DNA from: Mycolicibacterium smegmatis
Lineage (GTDB): Bacteria; Actinomycetota; Actinomycetes; Mycobacteriales; Mycobacteriaceae
Direction of reading: 5' to 3'
Length of the DNA stretch: 32,000 bases
NCBI RefSeq assembly: GCF_001457595.1
Contig: NZ_LN831039.1
Location: 2,970,001 to 3,002,000 of the forward strand
Part shown: piece after piece, positions 23,827-31,679 of the stretch
Layout: each line of letters begins with the position of its first letter
Position numbering within the stretch: the stretch's first letter is position 1
Program-made: the position numbers and the translations under genes
The notes under the pieces: generated by a model
What the model saw: only the letters and a program-made list of their open reading frames with translations
Database searches by the model: none
Told to the model about the DNA's origin: nothing

Positions 23827-25496
23827 AGCCGGCCTGCGGCGTGCCGGGCCGCGATGTAGCCGAACACCAGACCCTGCCCGATGGTGGCGCCCGCGCCCGG
23901 GTAGCTGGCGCCGAAGGTGTTGGCGGCGGTGTTGCCGATGGCGTAGAGACCCTCGATCACCGAGCCGTCCTCACGCAACGCCCGGCCGCGGGCATCGGCC
24001 CGCACGCCACCGCACGTGCCGAGGTCGCTCAGCACCACCTTCACCGCGTAGAGCGGGCCGTCGTCCAGCGGGCGCAGATTGGGGTTCGGTGTCACGGTGG
24101 GGTCGCCGTAGTAGCGATCGTAGGCGCTGTCGCCGCGGCCGAAGTCGGAGTCGACGCCGGTGCGTGCGAGCGCGTTGAAGCGGCTCAGTGTGGCGGTCAG
24201 GACCGACACGTCGACGCCGATCGACCGCGCGAGTCCGCCGAGATCGTCACTGCGGTGCGCGATGCCGGCGTCATACCAGGTCTGCGGGATCGGCATCCGC
24301 GGAAACAGTTCGGCGGCAAGCAGATAGCTGTTGCGGTACCGCTGGTCGAAGATCATCCACATCACGTCGACCGGGTTGCCCACGCGCTCACGGTCCAGCA
24401 CGCGCTGCCCGAACGACATGTAGTCGGTGGCTTCGTTGATGAACCGGTTGCCGGTCTGATCGACCAGCAGGCAGCCGGGCAGTGACCGCTCGGCGAGCAT
24501 CACGGTGGGCTCACCACCGGGTAGGGGAGCGAACGCGGGGAACCACCACGCCTGGTCCATGAGTCCGGTGTCGGCGCCGAGGTCCTGGGCGATGCGGATA
24601 CCGTCGCCGGTGTTGCCCTCGGATCCGAGGCTGAGGTCCTCGTTCATCGATTCGGACTGGAACTTGCGCCGCCAGTCCATCTGGTGGTCGAAGCCTCCGG
24701 TGGCCAGCACCACGCCCCGGCGTGCGGTGATGGCGACGTCGATGCCGTTGCGGTTCACCACCGCACCGGTCACCCGATCGCCGTCGACCAGCAGGCGGAC
24801 CAGCGGACTCTGGGTCCACACCGGGATGCCGGCGCGCAGTACACCGGCGTACAGTCCTGCGGCGAGCGCCTGACCGCCTGCGGCGTACCGGCGGCGCAGG
24901 GCCAGTCCACCGATGCCCTGGAACGCGCGCAGCATGATGCGCGGGACGGCCTTTCGCGGCACGCGCGCCATCAGGTTCAACCAGCGATAATCGGCGCCGG
25001 TCACCGGCATCGGGAACGAGGATTTCATCACCCCCGGCCGCAGCCGTGACAGTTCCCGCCCGAGGACGGCGGTGTCGAACGGGCGGCATTCACACGTGCG
25101 GCCGACGGCACTGCCACCGGGACGCTCCGGGTGATAATCCGAATACCCCTTGGCCCACTGGAATTTCATCGGCGTGGTGCGCCGCAGCATCTCGACTGTC
25201 GCGCTGCCGTGATCCAGGAACGCCCCGGCCCGGTCGGCCGGTGCGGCATCGGCGACGAGGGTCTCCAGATAGGTGCGCCCGGCATCGAGGGTGTCGTCGG
25301 AACCCTCTTCGGACAGGATCGGATTGGCAGGCATCCAGAACGCGCCGCCTGAGCGTGCGGTCGACCCGCCGACCAGGGCGGTCTTCTCCACGATCATCGC
25401 CGACAACCCGAGTTCGTGCGCGGCCAGTGCCGCGGCCATTCCGGTGCCGGAGCCGACAACCAGCATATCGACGGTGAGGTTCTGGGGATCAGTCAC
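23820..25496 (-). CDS. kstD: 3-ketosteroid delta-1-dehydrogenase-like flavoprotein (KstD family)
   Basis: The ORF 23820..25763 is trimmed to GTG 25496, giving 558 aa. Motifs: VDMLVVGSGTGMAAALAAHELGLSAMIVEKTALVGGSTARSGGAFWMPANP and C-terminal GLYAIGNTAANTFGASYPGAGATIGQGLVFGYIAARHA. The upstream 89 codons are Arg/Cys-rich and non-homologous. Confidence 0.8.
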   Translation of the reverse strand: MTDPQNLTVDMLVVGSGTGMAAALAAHELGLSAMIVEKTALVGGSTARSGGAFWMPANPILSEEGSDDTLDAGRTYLETLVADAAPADRAGAFLDHGSATVEMLRRTTPMKFQWAKGYSDYHPERPGGSAVGRTCECRPFDTAVLGRELSRLRPGVMKSSFPMPVTGADYRWLNLMARVPRKAVPRIMLRAFQGIGGLALRRRYAAGGQALAAGLYAGVLRAGIPVWTQSPLVRLLVDGDRVTGAVVNRNGIDVAITARRGVVLATGGFDHQMDWRRKFQSESMNEDLSLGSEGNTGDGIRIAQDLGADTGLMDQAWWFPAFAPLPGGEPTVMLAERSLPGCLLVDQTGNRFINEATDYMSFGQRVLDRERVGNPVDVMWMIFDQRYRNSYLLAAELFPRMPIPQTWYDAGIAHRSDDLGGLARSIGVDVSVLTATLSRFNALARTGVDSDFGRGDSAYDRYYGDPTVTPNPNLRPLDDGPLYAVKVVLSDLGTCGGVRADARGRALREDGSVIEGLYAIGNTAANTFGASYPGAGATIGQGLVFGYIAARHAAGRLD

Positions 25497-25631
25497 TGCG
25501 CGATTCTCAGGCGTCGACCGTGAGGCGTGCGCCGGGCCCGCCCGGTCAGTGGAACAGCAGACCCACTCTGGCCCCGCGCCGGTGTTACATCGGAAGGTCT
25601 TTGCAAGCGACACATGACGAGGATGGCCGGT

Positions 25632-26792
25632 ATGACATCGTTGCAGCCCGACGGCGGCACCGGCGAGGTTCGCCAGATCGAGGCGCAGGCAGCGCCGACA
25701 CGATTCGCGCGAGGCTGGCACTGCCTGGGGTTGATCCGTGAGCTCGGGGACGGTAAACCGCACGCGATCAACGCCTTTGGTGGAAAGCTCGTGGTCTTCC
25801 GCGGTGCCGACGGAAAGATCAACGTGCTGGACTCATATTGCAGGCACATGGGCGGCGATCTGTCCGACGGCGAGGTGAAAGGCAACGAGATCGCCTGCCC
25901 GTTCCACGACTGGCGCTGGGGTGGCGACGGACGCTGCAAGCAGATCCCCTACAGCCGCCGCGTGCCCAAGCTGGCCCGCACCGCCACCTGGCCCACCCTG
26001 GAGCAGGACGGCATGCTGTTCGTGTGGAACGACCCGGAGAAGAACCCGCCGCCGCCTGAGGTGACGATCCCGCGCATCGAGGGCGTGGGCACCGACCGGT
26101 GGACCGACTGGCACTGGTACACGACGGTGGTGCACACCAACTGCCGCGAGATCATCGACAACGTCGTCGACATGGCCCACTTCTTCTACATCCACGGTGG
26201 CCTGCCGACGGGCTTCAAGAACGTCTTCGAGGGGCACATCGCCACGCAGTACTACAAGAGCGAGGCGCGCCCGGATCTCGGATCCGGTGAGGGCGCGAAG
26301 ATCCTCGGGACCACGTCGGTCGCCTCCTATTACGGGCCGTCCTTCATGATCGACGACCTGACCTACCACTACGAGCACGGTGACCAGCGCACCGTGCTGC
26401 TCAACTGCCACTATCCGATCGACGCCAATTCCTTTGTGCTGCAGTACGGCATCACCGTCGAGATGTCCGATGCGGTGCCGCACGACGTCGCGACCCAGAT
26501 GGCCGTGGCGCTCGGCGATTTCGTCAAGATGGGCTTCGAGCAGGACGTCGCGATCTGGAAGCGCAAGGCGCGCATCGACAATCCGCTGCTGTGCGAAGAG
26601 GACGGCCCCGTCTACCAGCTGCGGCGGTGGTACGAGCAGTTCTATGTCGACGTCGCCGACGTGACGCCGGACATGGTGGACCGCTTCGAGTTCGAGATCG
26701 ACACCACGCGTCCGCGGGAGGCCTGGCTCAAGGAGGTCCAGGACAACCTGGCCGCGGGCCGGCTGCCCAGACTGGTGGGCGTCAACAAGTGA
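25632..26792 (+). CDS. kshA: 3-ketosteroid 9-alpha-hydroxylase oxygenase component-like Rieske protein (KshA family)
   Basis: The ORF 25527..26792 is trimmed to ATG 25632 (SD GAGGA 8 nt upstream), giving 386 aa. It has ARGWHCLGL, the Rieske motif CRHMGGDLS...CPFHDWRW, and the mononuclear iron region NVVDMAHFFYIHG. Confidence 0.85.
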   Translation: MTSLQPDGGTGEVRQIEAQAAPTRFARGWHCLGLIRELGDGKPHAINAFGGKLVVFRGADGKINVLDSYCRHMGGDLSDGEVKGNEIACPFHDWRWGGDGRCKQIPYSRRVPKLARTATWPTLEQDGMLFVWNDPEKNPPPPEVTIPRIEGVGTDRWTDWHWYTTVVHTNCREIIDNVVDMAHFFYIHGGLPTGFKNVFEGHIATQYYKSEARPDLGSGEGAKILGTTSVASYYGPSFMIDDLTYHYEHGDQRTVLLNCHYPIDANSFVLQYGITVEMSDAVPHDVATQMAVALGDFVKMGFEQDVAIWKRKARIDNPLLCEEDGPVYQLRRWYEQFYVDVADVTPDMVDRFEFEIDTTRPREAWLKEVQDNLAAGRLPRLVGVNK

Positions 26793-27067
26793 CGGTGCGG
26801 CCCGACAACCGGCTCGCCGACGCGCCCATGCGGCCGGTCGGGTGTGGGACCTGCGGTGCGCGCGTGCTGGTGCGCAAGGCCAGCTGGGAGCAGACCAGCG
26901 TGCAGTGGAGCGCGGCCGCACGGCAGAGGTGCGTGGACCCGCATCGCCATGCCGGACAGACACTGTCGCTGTGCCCGCAGCTGCGTACCGCGATCGAGAA
27001 CGCGGTCCTGGAGGGCGCAGTGCCGGTGCTCGCCGAATCGGAGGATGCGAATGCGCATCGCGGATAG
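26789..27067 (+). CDS. Small four-Cys (CxxC...C...C) protein, translationally coupled to kshA-like gene; function unknown
   Basis: GTG 26789 overlaps the kshA-like stop (GTGA). The 92-aa product reads VTVRPDNRLADAPMRPVGCGTCGARVLVRKASWEQTSVQWSAAARQRCVDPHRHAGQTLSLCPQLR... Codons almost all end in G/C, as in neighbouring genes. An alternative ATG lies at codon 14. Confidence 0.55.
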   Translation: MTVRPDNRLADAPMRPVGCGTCGARVLVRKASWEQTSVQWSAAARQRCVDPHRHAGQTLSLCPQLRTAIENAVLEGAVPVLAESEDANAHRG

Positions 27068-27842
27068 GGTTTTCGTCGTCACCGGTGCAGGCAACGGCAT
27101 GGGGCGTGAGGTGGCGTTGGGCCTGGCCCGGCGGGGCGCACACGTCGCCGCCGTCGACCTCGACGAAGCGGGCCTCGCCGGCACGGCCGAGCGCGCCCGC
27201 GGCACCGGGGCGAGGATGTCGACCCACGTTCTGAACGTCACCGACCGAGACGCGGTGGCCGGGCTGCCCGACGCGGTGCTCGACGTCCACGGCCAGATCG
27301 ACGGTCTGGTGAACATCGCCGGAATCGCCCAGAGGTTCGCGCTGTTCACCGACCTGGAGGCCGACCAGATCGACCGGGTGACGACCGTGAACTTTTTGGG
27401 CACGGTGCAGATGTGCCGAGCCTTCCTGCCGGTCCTTCGGCAACGACCCGAGGCCAACATCACCAACATGTCCAGCCTGTCGGCGCTCGTGCCGTTCGCC
27501 AGCCAGGTGCTCTACAGCGCGAGCAAGGCCGCCGTCCAGCAGTTCAGCGAGGGACTCGACGCCGAACTCGCCGACACCAACGTCCGTGTGGTGACAGTGT
27601 TTCCGGACCAGGTCTCCACCAACCTGGCACAGAACTCCGGAGTGAAGATGCTCGACGCCGGCGGGCGGCGGGCCCCGGTCACCACACCCGAGGCCGCCGG
27701 GCGCAAGATCGTCACCGGCATCGCCAAGGACCGGTACCGGGTGATCATCGGTACCGACGCCCACGTGCTGTACACACTGTCGCGGTTGGCGCCGCGGCGC
27801 ACGGCCCGGATGGTGGCCAAACAGATCAAATCCGTTCTCTGA
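27051..27842 (+). CDS. Short-chain dehydrogenase/reductase (classical SDR)
   Basis: The ORF 26844..27842 is trimmed to ATG 27051 (SD GGAGG 6 nt upstream). Motifs: VFVVTGAGNGMG, NIAG, catalytic YSASK. 263 aa. It overlaps the end of the small ORF by 17 nt. Confidence 0.85.
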   Translation: MRIADRVFVVTGAGNGMGREVALGLARRGAHVAAVDLDEAGLAGTAERARGTGARMSTHVLNVTDRDAVAGLPDAVLDVHGQIDGLVNIAGIAQRFALFTDLEADQIDRVTTVNFLGTVQMCRAFLPVLRQRPEANITNMSSLSALVPFASQVLYSASKAAVQQFSEGLDAELADTNVRVVTVFPDQVSTNLAQNSGVKMLDAGGRRAPVTTPEAAGRKIVTGIAKDRYRVIIGTDAHVLYTLSRLAPRRTARMVAKQIKSVL

Positions 27843-27854
27843 TCAGGAGTATCG

Positions 27855-29444
27855 ATGCCGACAGGTCGTGACTACGACGTCATCATCGTGGGGTTCGGCG
27901 CCGCAGGCGCGTCCGCCGCGATCGAGGCCGCCGACCGCGGCGCCCGTGTGCTGGTGCTCGACCGAGGCTACGGCGGCGGCGCCACGGCCTACTCGGGCGG
28001 CATCGTCTACGCCGGTGCGGGAACACCCGAGCAGCGCGCGGGCGGCTACTCCGACAGCGTGGAGAACATGCGCGCCTACCTCGGGCAGGAGGTGGCCGGT
28101 GCCGTCAAACCCGAGACCCTGGCCCGGTTCTGTGAGCAGAGCCCGGCACTGCTCGAGTGGCTCAAGGCCCAGGGCGTGCCGTTCCGGGGCGGGGCGGTGC
28201 CGTCGTACAAGACCTCGTACCCCACCGACGACAACTACCTCTACTACTCGGGCAACGAAAAGGCCTACCCCTACGTCGATCACGCGCAACCCGCCCCACG
28301 AGGCCATCGCGTGCTCGCACCGGGCATGAGTTCCGGGCGGGTGCTTTTCGAGCGCCTCCGGGATTCCGCGCTGGCCAAGGGTGTGCACTTCACGCCGCTG
28401 GCGCACGTACATTCGCTGATCCAGGACGAAGACGGCAGGGTCACCGGTGTCCGGTACACGGTCACCGACCCCAGGCACCGCAACGCGCGTCGGCACCGGC
28501 GCATCGCCAAGGCCACGGGCAAGCTGGGCACCTGGATGCCCAGAGCGGTCGCCGGGGCCGTGGCCCGAGGCGAGCGCCTGCGCGCCGAGGCCGGTGTCGA
28601 GGCGCACGCGACCGCAGGCGCGGTGATCCTCGCCGCGGGCGGGTTCATCAACAACCGCGACTGGGTCAGCCGTTATGCGCCGGAATTCCTGAAGATCTCG
28701 CCACTGGGCACCGTCGGCGACGACGGCACCGGGATCCGGTTGGGACTCGACGCCGGGGGAGTGACCGACAAGATGGGCAACGTCACGGCCTGGCGGTTCC
28801 TGTCGCCGCCCAGTGCGTTCCTGGAGGGGCTGACCGTGGGGGCGGACGGGCGACGGATCGCCAACGAGGATCTCTACGGCGCCGCGCACGGTAGCGTGCT
28901 CATGCGCGAGTTCGGCGGTACCGGATGGGCGATCTACGACGCCGCCACCTGGCGGAAGATCAAACACCAGATCACCGAACAGACCCAGGTGTTCCAGCGA
29001 CTGCAGATCTGGTACCTGCGGACCATAGGCCACAAGAAGGCGGCCACCATCGAGGGCATCGCGGCCAAGAACGGCATCGACGCCGCGGCGCTGCGCAAGA
29101 CCGTCGACGAGTACAACCGTAGAATCGCCGGCGGGGCAGGTGATCCCGCACACAAAGATCCGTCGCTGTGCCCACCGATGGAGCGGGGACCGTTCTACTC
29201 CATCGACATCTCCGCCGATTCCTCGCTGTTCTACCCGATTCCGGGGCTGACGTTGGGCGGTCTGGTGGTCGACGAGGACACCGGAGCGGTGGTGCACCGC
29301 GACGGCGGGGTGGTGCCGGGCCTCTACGCTGCGGGCCGGACCGCGGTCGGTGTGTGCTCCAACAGCTACGTCAGCGGGTTGTCGATCTCCGATTGCGTGT
29401 TCAGCGGTCGGCGGGCCGGCGCGGACGCCGTCGCGAAAATCTAG
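27855..29444 (+). CDS. FAD-binding dehydrogenase (FAD_binding_2; divergent KstD / fumarate-reductase flavoprotein-like)
   Basis: 529 aa, SD GGAG 6 nt upstream. Motifs: YDVIIVGFGAAGASAAIEAADRGARVLVLDRGYGGGATAYSGGIVYAG and C-terminal GLYAAGRTAVGVCSNSYVSGLSISDCVFSGRRAG. Confidence 0.8.
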   Translation: MPTGRDYDVIIVGFGAAGASAAIEAADRGARVLVLDRGYGGGATAYSGGIVYAGAGTPEQRAGGYSDSVENMRAYLGQEVAGAVKPETLARFCEQSPALLEWLKAQGVPFRGGAVPSYKTSYPTDDNYLYYSGNEKAYPYVDHAQPAPRGHRVLAPGMSSGRVLFERLRDSALAKGVHFTPLAHVHSLIQDEDGRVTGVRYTVTDPRHRNARRHRRIAKATGKLGTWMPRAVAGAVARGERLRAEAGVEAHATAGAVILAAGGFINNRDWVSRYAPEFLKISPLGTVGDDGTGIRLGLDAGGVTDKMGNVTAWRFLSPPSAFLEGLTVGADGRRIANEDLYGAAHGSVLMREFGGTGWAIYDAATWRKIKHQITEQTQVFQRLQIWYLRTIGHKKAATIEGIAAKNGIDAAALRKTVDEYNRRIAGGAGDPAHKDPSLCPPMERGPFYSIDISADSSLFYPIPGLTLGGLVVDEDTGAVVHRDGGVVPGLYAAGRTAVGVCSNSYVSGLSISDCVFSGRRAGADAVAKI

Positions 29445-29455
29445 GAATCCCGCCA

Positions 29456-29500
29456 ACAGTTCGGCCCCGGCTTCCTCTCGGAAGACCGGGGCCGGACTGT
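29456..29500. terminator. Long hairpin (about 20 paired positions, TCTC loop, one bulge, one G-U) between convergent genes; strong bidirectional terminator candidate
   Basis: ACAGTTCGGCCCCGGCTTCC (29456-29475), loop TCTC, then GGAAG-A-CCGGGGCCGGACTGT (29480-29500). It lies in the 63-nt gap between stops at 29444 and 29508. Confidence 0.55.
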
Positions 29501-29507
29501 GTGTGGC

Positions 29508-30584
29508 TCAGCTGAGGACGAACGCGCTCAGCGGAGCCTCCTCGGGGTAGATGGCCGGACCACCGAGGTCGTATGCGGCGTTGAGCGCGCCGATGAAGGC
29601 CGGGTCGTGCAGCGGGTCGCTCGGGATGTCGAGCTTGATGCCCTTGGAGGCCAGGTCGTCGACCATCATGTCGATGGCCTTGTCGGTGGTCAGGTCGTCG
29701 GAGCCGTCCATGTTCTTCTTCAGCTCGTCGAAGTCGGTGAACACCTCGGCCGACCAGTGCACCAGGAACCGCAGTTCGTCGGTGTGATGGCGGGCGATCA
29801 CGTCGTCACCGTTCTTGAGCACCCACTGGTCACGGTCCGCGGGATCACCGGCGAACACCGTGTCGAACGCCAGTCCGGCTGGCATCTGCTGCTCCAGTGG
29901 ACCGTTCGCCTCGCCGCGGTGCACCATCATCTCGTTCTGCACCACCACGCCACGGTTGTTGATCGGGGGCAGGACCCGCTTGGGTGCCTTGAGCGGACCG
30001 TCGGGCCAGTAGGTGAAACCGCTGCCCTCGTCGAGGGAGAACCAGGTGATCACCTGAGCCATCTTGACCAGGTAGTCGTTGAACAGCCCGGACTTGCCCA
30101 TCACGCTGCATAGCCAGGTCGGCGCGTTCTCGTGCCGCACACCGCGGAAACTGGGTGAATCCAGGTGTCCCGGATCGCGATTCGCGCACGGACCGTTGAT
30201 GTTGAACAGCATCATCTCCGGCTTCGCGTACTGCGCACCCCAGTAGTCCTTGGCGTGGTTGAGGAACGTCTCGTTGTAGAAGCAGTCGTGCAGTTCGGGG
30301 TAGAGCACCGCACCGTAGTTGGCCAGATAGCCGCGGAACGTCGGGGTCAGGAACAGGTCCATGGACGGTTCGAAACCCTCGGGGAACATGCCGCTCATTG
30401 TCGCCATCAACTCGTCGGCCGACGCGAAGTGCTGCGCGATGATCAGCTTCCACGGGCCGCGATCGTGCACCACGTCGAGCAGGCGCTGCTTCTGGTCGGC
30501 GGTGTAGACATTGTCGACCTCGCGCGGCGGCGCCACGGGCCGCAGGATGTCGGACAACTCCATTCGCCGCTCATCGGTGAGCAT
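29508..30584 (-). CDS. Uncharacterised 358-aa protein; possible cupin/2-oxoglutarate-Fe(II) oxygenase-like fold (HxD...H)
   Basis: The ORF 29508..30740 is trimmed to ATG 30584 (SD GAAGGAG 8 nt upstream). I recognise no family with certainty. It contains DPGHLDSP (H140-x-D142) and VVVQNEMMVHRGEANG (H222). The acidic C-terminus has no TM or signal peptide. Confidence 0.7.
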   Translation of the reverse strand: MLTDERRMELSDILRPVAPPREVDNVYTADQKQRLLDVVHDRGPWKLIIAQHFASADELMATMSGMFPEGFEPSMDLFLTPTFRGYLANYGAVLYPELHDCFYNETFLNHAKDYWGAQYAKPEMMLFNINGPCANRDPGHLDSPSFRGVRHENAPTWLCSVMGKSGLFNDYLVKMAQVITWFSLDEGSGFTYWPDGPLKAPKRVLPPINNRGVVVQNEMMVHRGEANGPLEQQMPAGLAFDTVFAGDPADRDQWVLKNGDDVIARHHTDELRFLVHWSAEVFTDFDELKKNMDGSDDLTTDKAIDMMVDDLASKGIKLDIPSDPLHDPAFIGALNAAYDLGGPAIYPEEAPLSAFVLS

Positions 30585-30690
30585 CAGGGGCACTCCTTCT
30601 CTGAGATCCGGCGACATCCGCGCCGTTGCTTTTTCAATTCTGGTCGGCATCACCGGGGTTGGACCGAGCGATGTCCGGCCATCGGGAGGT

Positions 30691-31671
30691 TCAGCCCGCG
30701 AAGGGCAGGGGATCGGCGAACTTCGCACGCAGCAGAGCACCGGTTTCGGCCAGTGCCAGACGCCCGCGTGCGGTGGCCTCGTAGCGCATCAAAAAGCCGT
30801 GGTACATACCGGGATAGCGGGTGAGGGTGGTCTGCACACGCGCGGCGCGAAGCCGGTCCGCGTAGCGCTCGCCCCAGTCCCGGATCGGGTCGCACTCACC
30901 GGTGACCACGATCGCCTGGGGCAGACCGCGCAGGTCGTCGGCATAGGCCGGAACACGGTACGGGTCGTGCGGGCTGCCCGCGCCGATGTCGGCCAGATCG
31001 TGCATGTACAGGATGTCGTCACGCGACAACATCGGTGCGTCGGGCATCTCGACGATGGACTGTGCGCCCATGTCGCGGTCGAGGCCCGGGTAGAGCAGCA
31101 CCTGGGCGAAGATGGCGGGCCCGCCGTGGTCGCGTGCGGCCAGGGCCACCGCGGCCGCCAGCCCACCACCGGCGCTGTCGCCGGCGACCACGAGGCGACG
31201 GGCATCGACACCGAGTTCTTCGGCGTGCCGGGCCACCCATTCGGTCGCGGCGTACGCGTCGTCGAACTGGGCGGGCGGCGGGTATTCCGGGGCCAACCGG
31301 TAGTCGACGGCCACCACGACCGCCCCTGCGGCCGCCGCGAGCCCGCGGGCCAGCGGTTCGAACGAATGCACGCTGCCCATCACCAGCCCGCCGCCGTGGA
31401 AGTGCAGGATGACCGGGGCCCCGTCGTGCCCGACCTGCTCGGGCCGGTACACCCGCACGCCGATCTCACGATCGGATGCAGGCACGGTCCGGTCGACGAT
31501 TTCGGCCATCGGTGGCATATCGCTTGGCAGCGGGGCCGATTCGATCGCCGCGCGCACGGTTTCCAGTCCCCGGTCACGGACCGGGGCGGGCTTGCCGAAC
31601 CCGGCGATGCGGGCGGCGGCGTCGGGGTCGAGGGGCGGGCCCTGCGGCGGGCTCGGTGGTGAGGTGGTCAT
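30691..31671 (-). CDS. Alpha/beta-hydrolase, hormone-sensitive-lipase-family carboxylesterase/lipase
   Basis: 326 aa. It has the HGGG oxyanion motif (ILHFHGGGLVMGS), the nucleophile elbow GDSAGGG, a late DPIRD and YHGF (catalytic Asp/His). Confidence 0.85.
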   Translation of the reverse strand: MTTSPPSPPQGPPLDPDAAARIAGFGKPAPVRDRGLETVRAAIESAPLPSDMPPMAEIVDRTVPASDREIGVRVYRPEQVGHDGAPVILHFHGGGLVMGSVHSFEPLARGLAAAAGAVVVAVDYRLAPEYPPPAQFDDAYAATEWVARHAEELGVDARRLVVAGDSAGGGLAAAVALAARDHGGPAIFAQVLLYPGLDRDMGAQSIVEMPDAPMLSRDDILYMHDLADIGAGSPHDPYRVPAYADDLRGLPQAIVVTGECDPIRDWGERYADRLRAARVQTTLTRYPGMYHGFLMRYEATARGRLALAETGALLRAKFADPLPFAG

Positions 31672-31679
31672 GATTGCGC

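Noticed and set aside
25532-25545. GC-rich palindrome CCGGGC-CC-GCCCGG, and the AGTGG/CCACT dyad nearby, in the kstD-like/kshA-like intergenic region
   Set aside because: Short G/C-only palindromes are frequent by chance at this base composition, and there is no supporting positional or repeated evidence.
23009-25599. Shared 7-mer GAAGGTC in both divergent regulatory regions (23009-23015 and 25593-25599) as a possible PadR site
   Set aside because: Roughly one to two shared 7-mers are expected by chance between two ~120-bp regions when both strands are counted. The distances to the flanking starts also differ.
25833-29456. 643-aa and 537-aa minus-strand ORFs (25833..27764, 27843..29456)
   Set aside because: They are antisense to the KshA-like, SDR and FAD flavoprotein genes, all of which carry diagnostic motifs on the + strand. 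Their composition is typical of GC-driven open frames.
30511-31662. 383-aa + strand ORF overlapping the esterase
   Set aside because: It is antisense to an alpha/beta hydrolase with HGGG and GDSAG motifs, and its translation is motif-free and Arg/Gly-rich.
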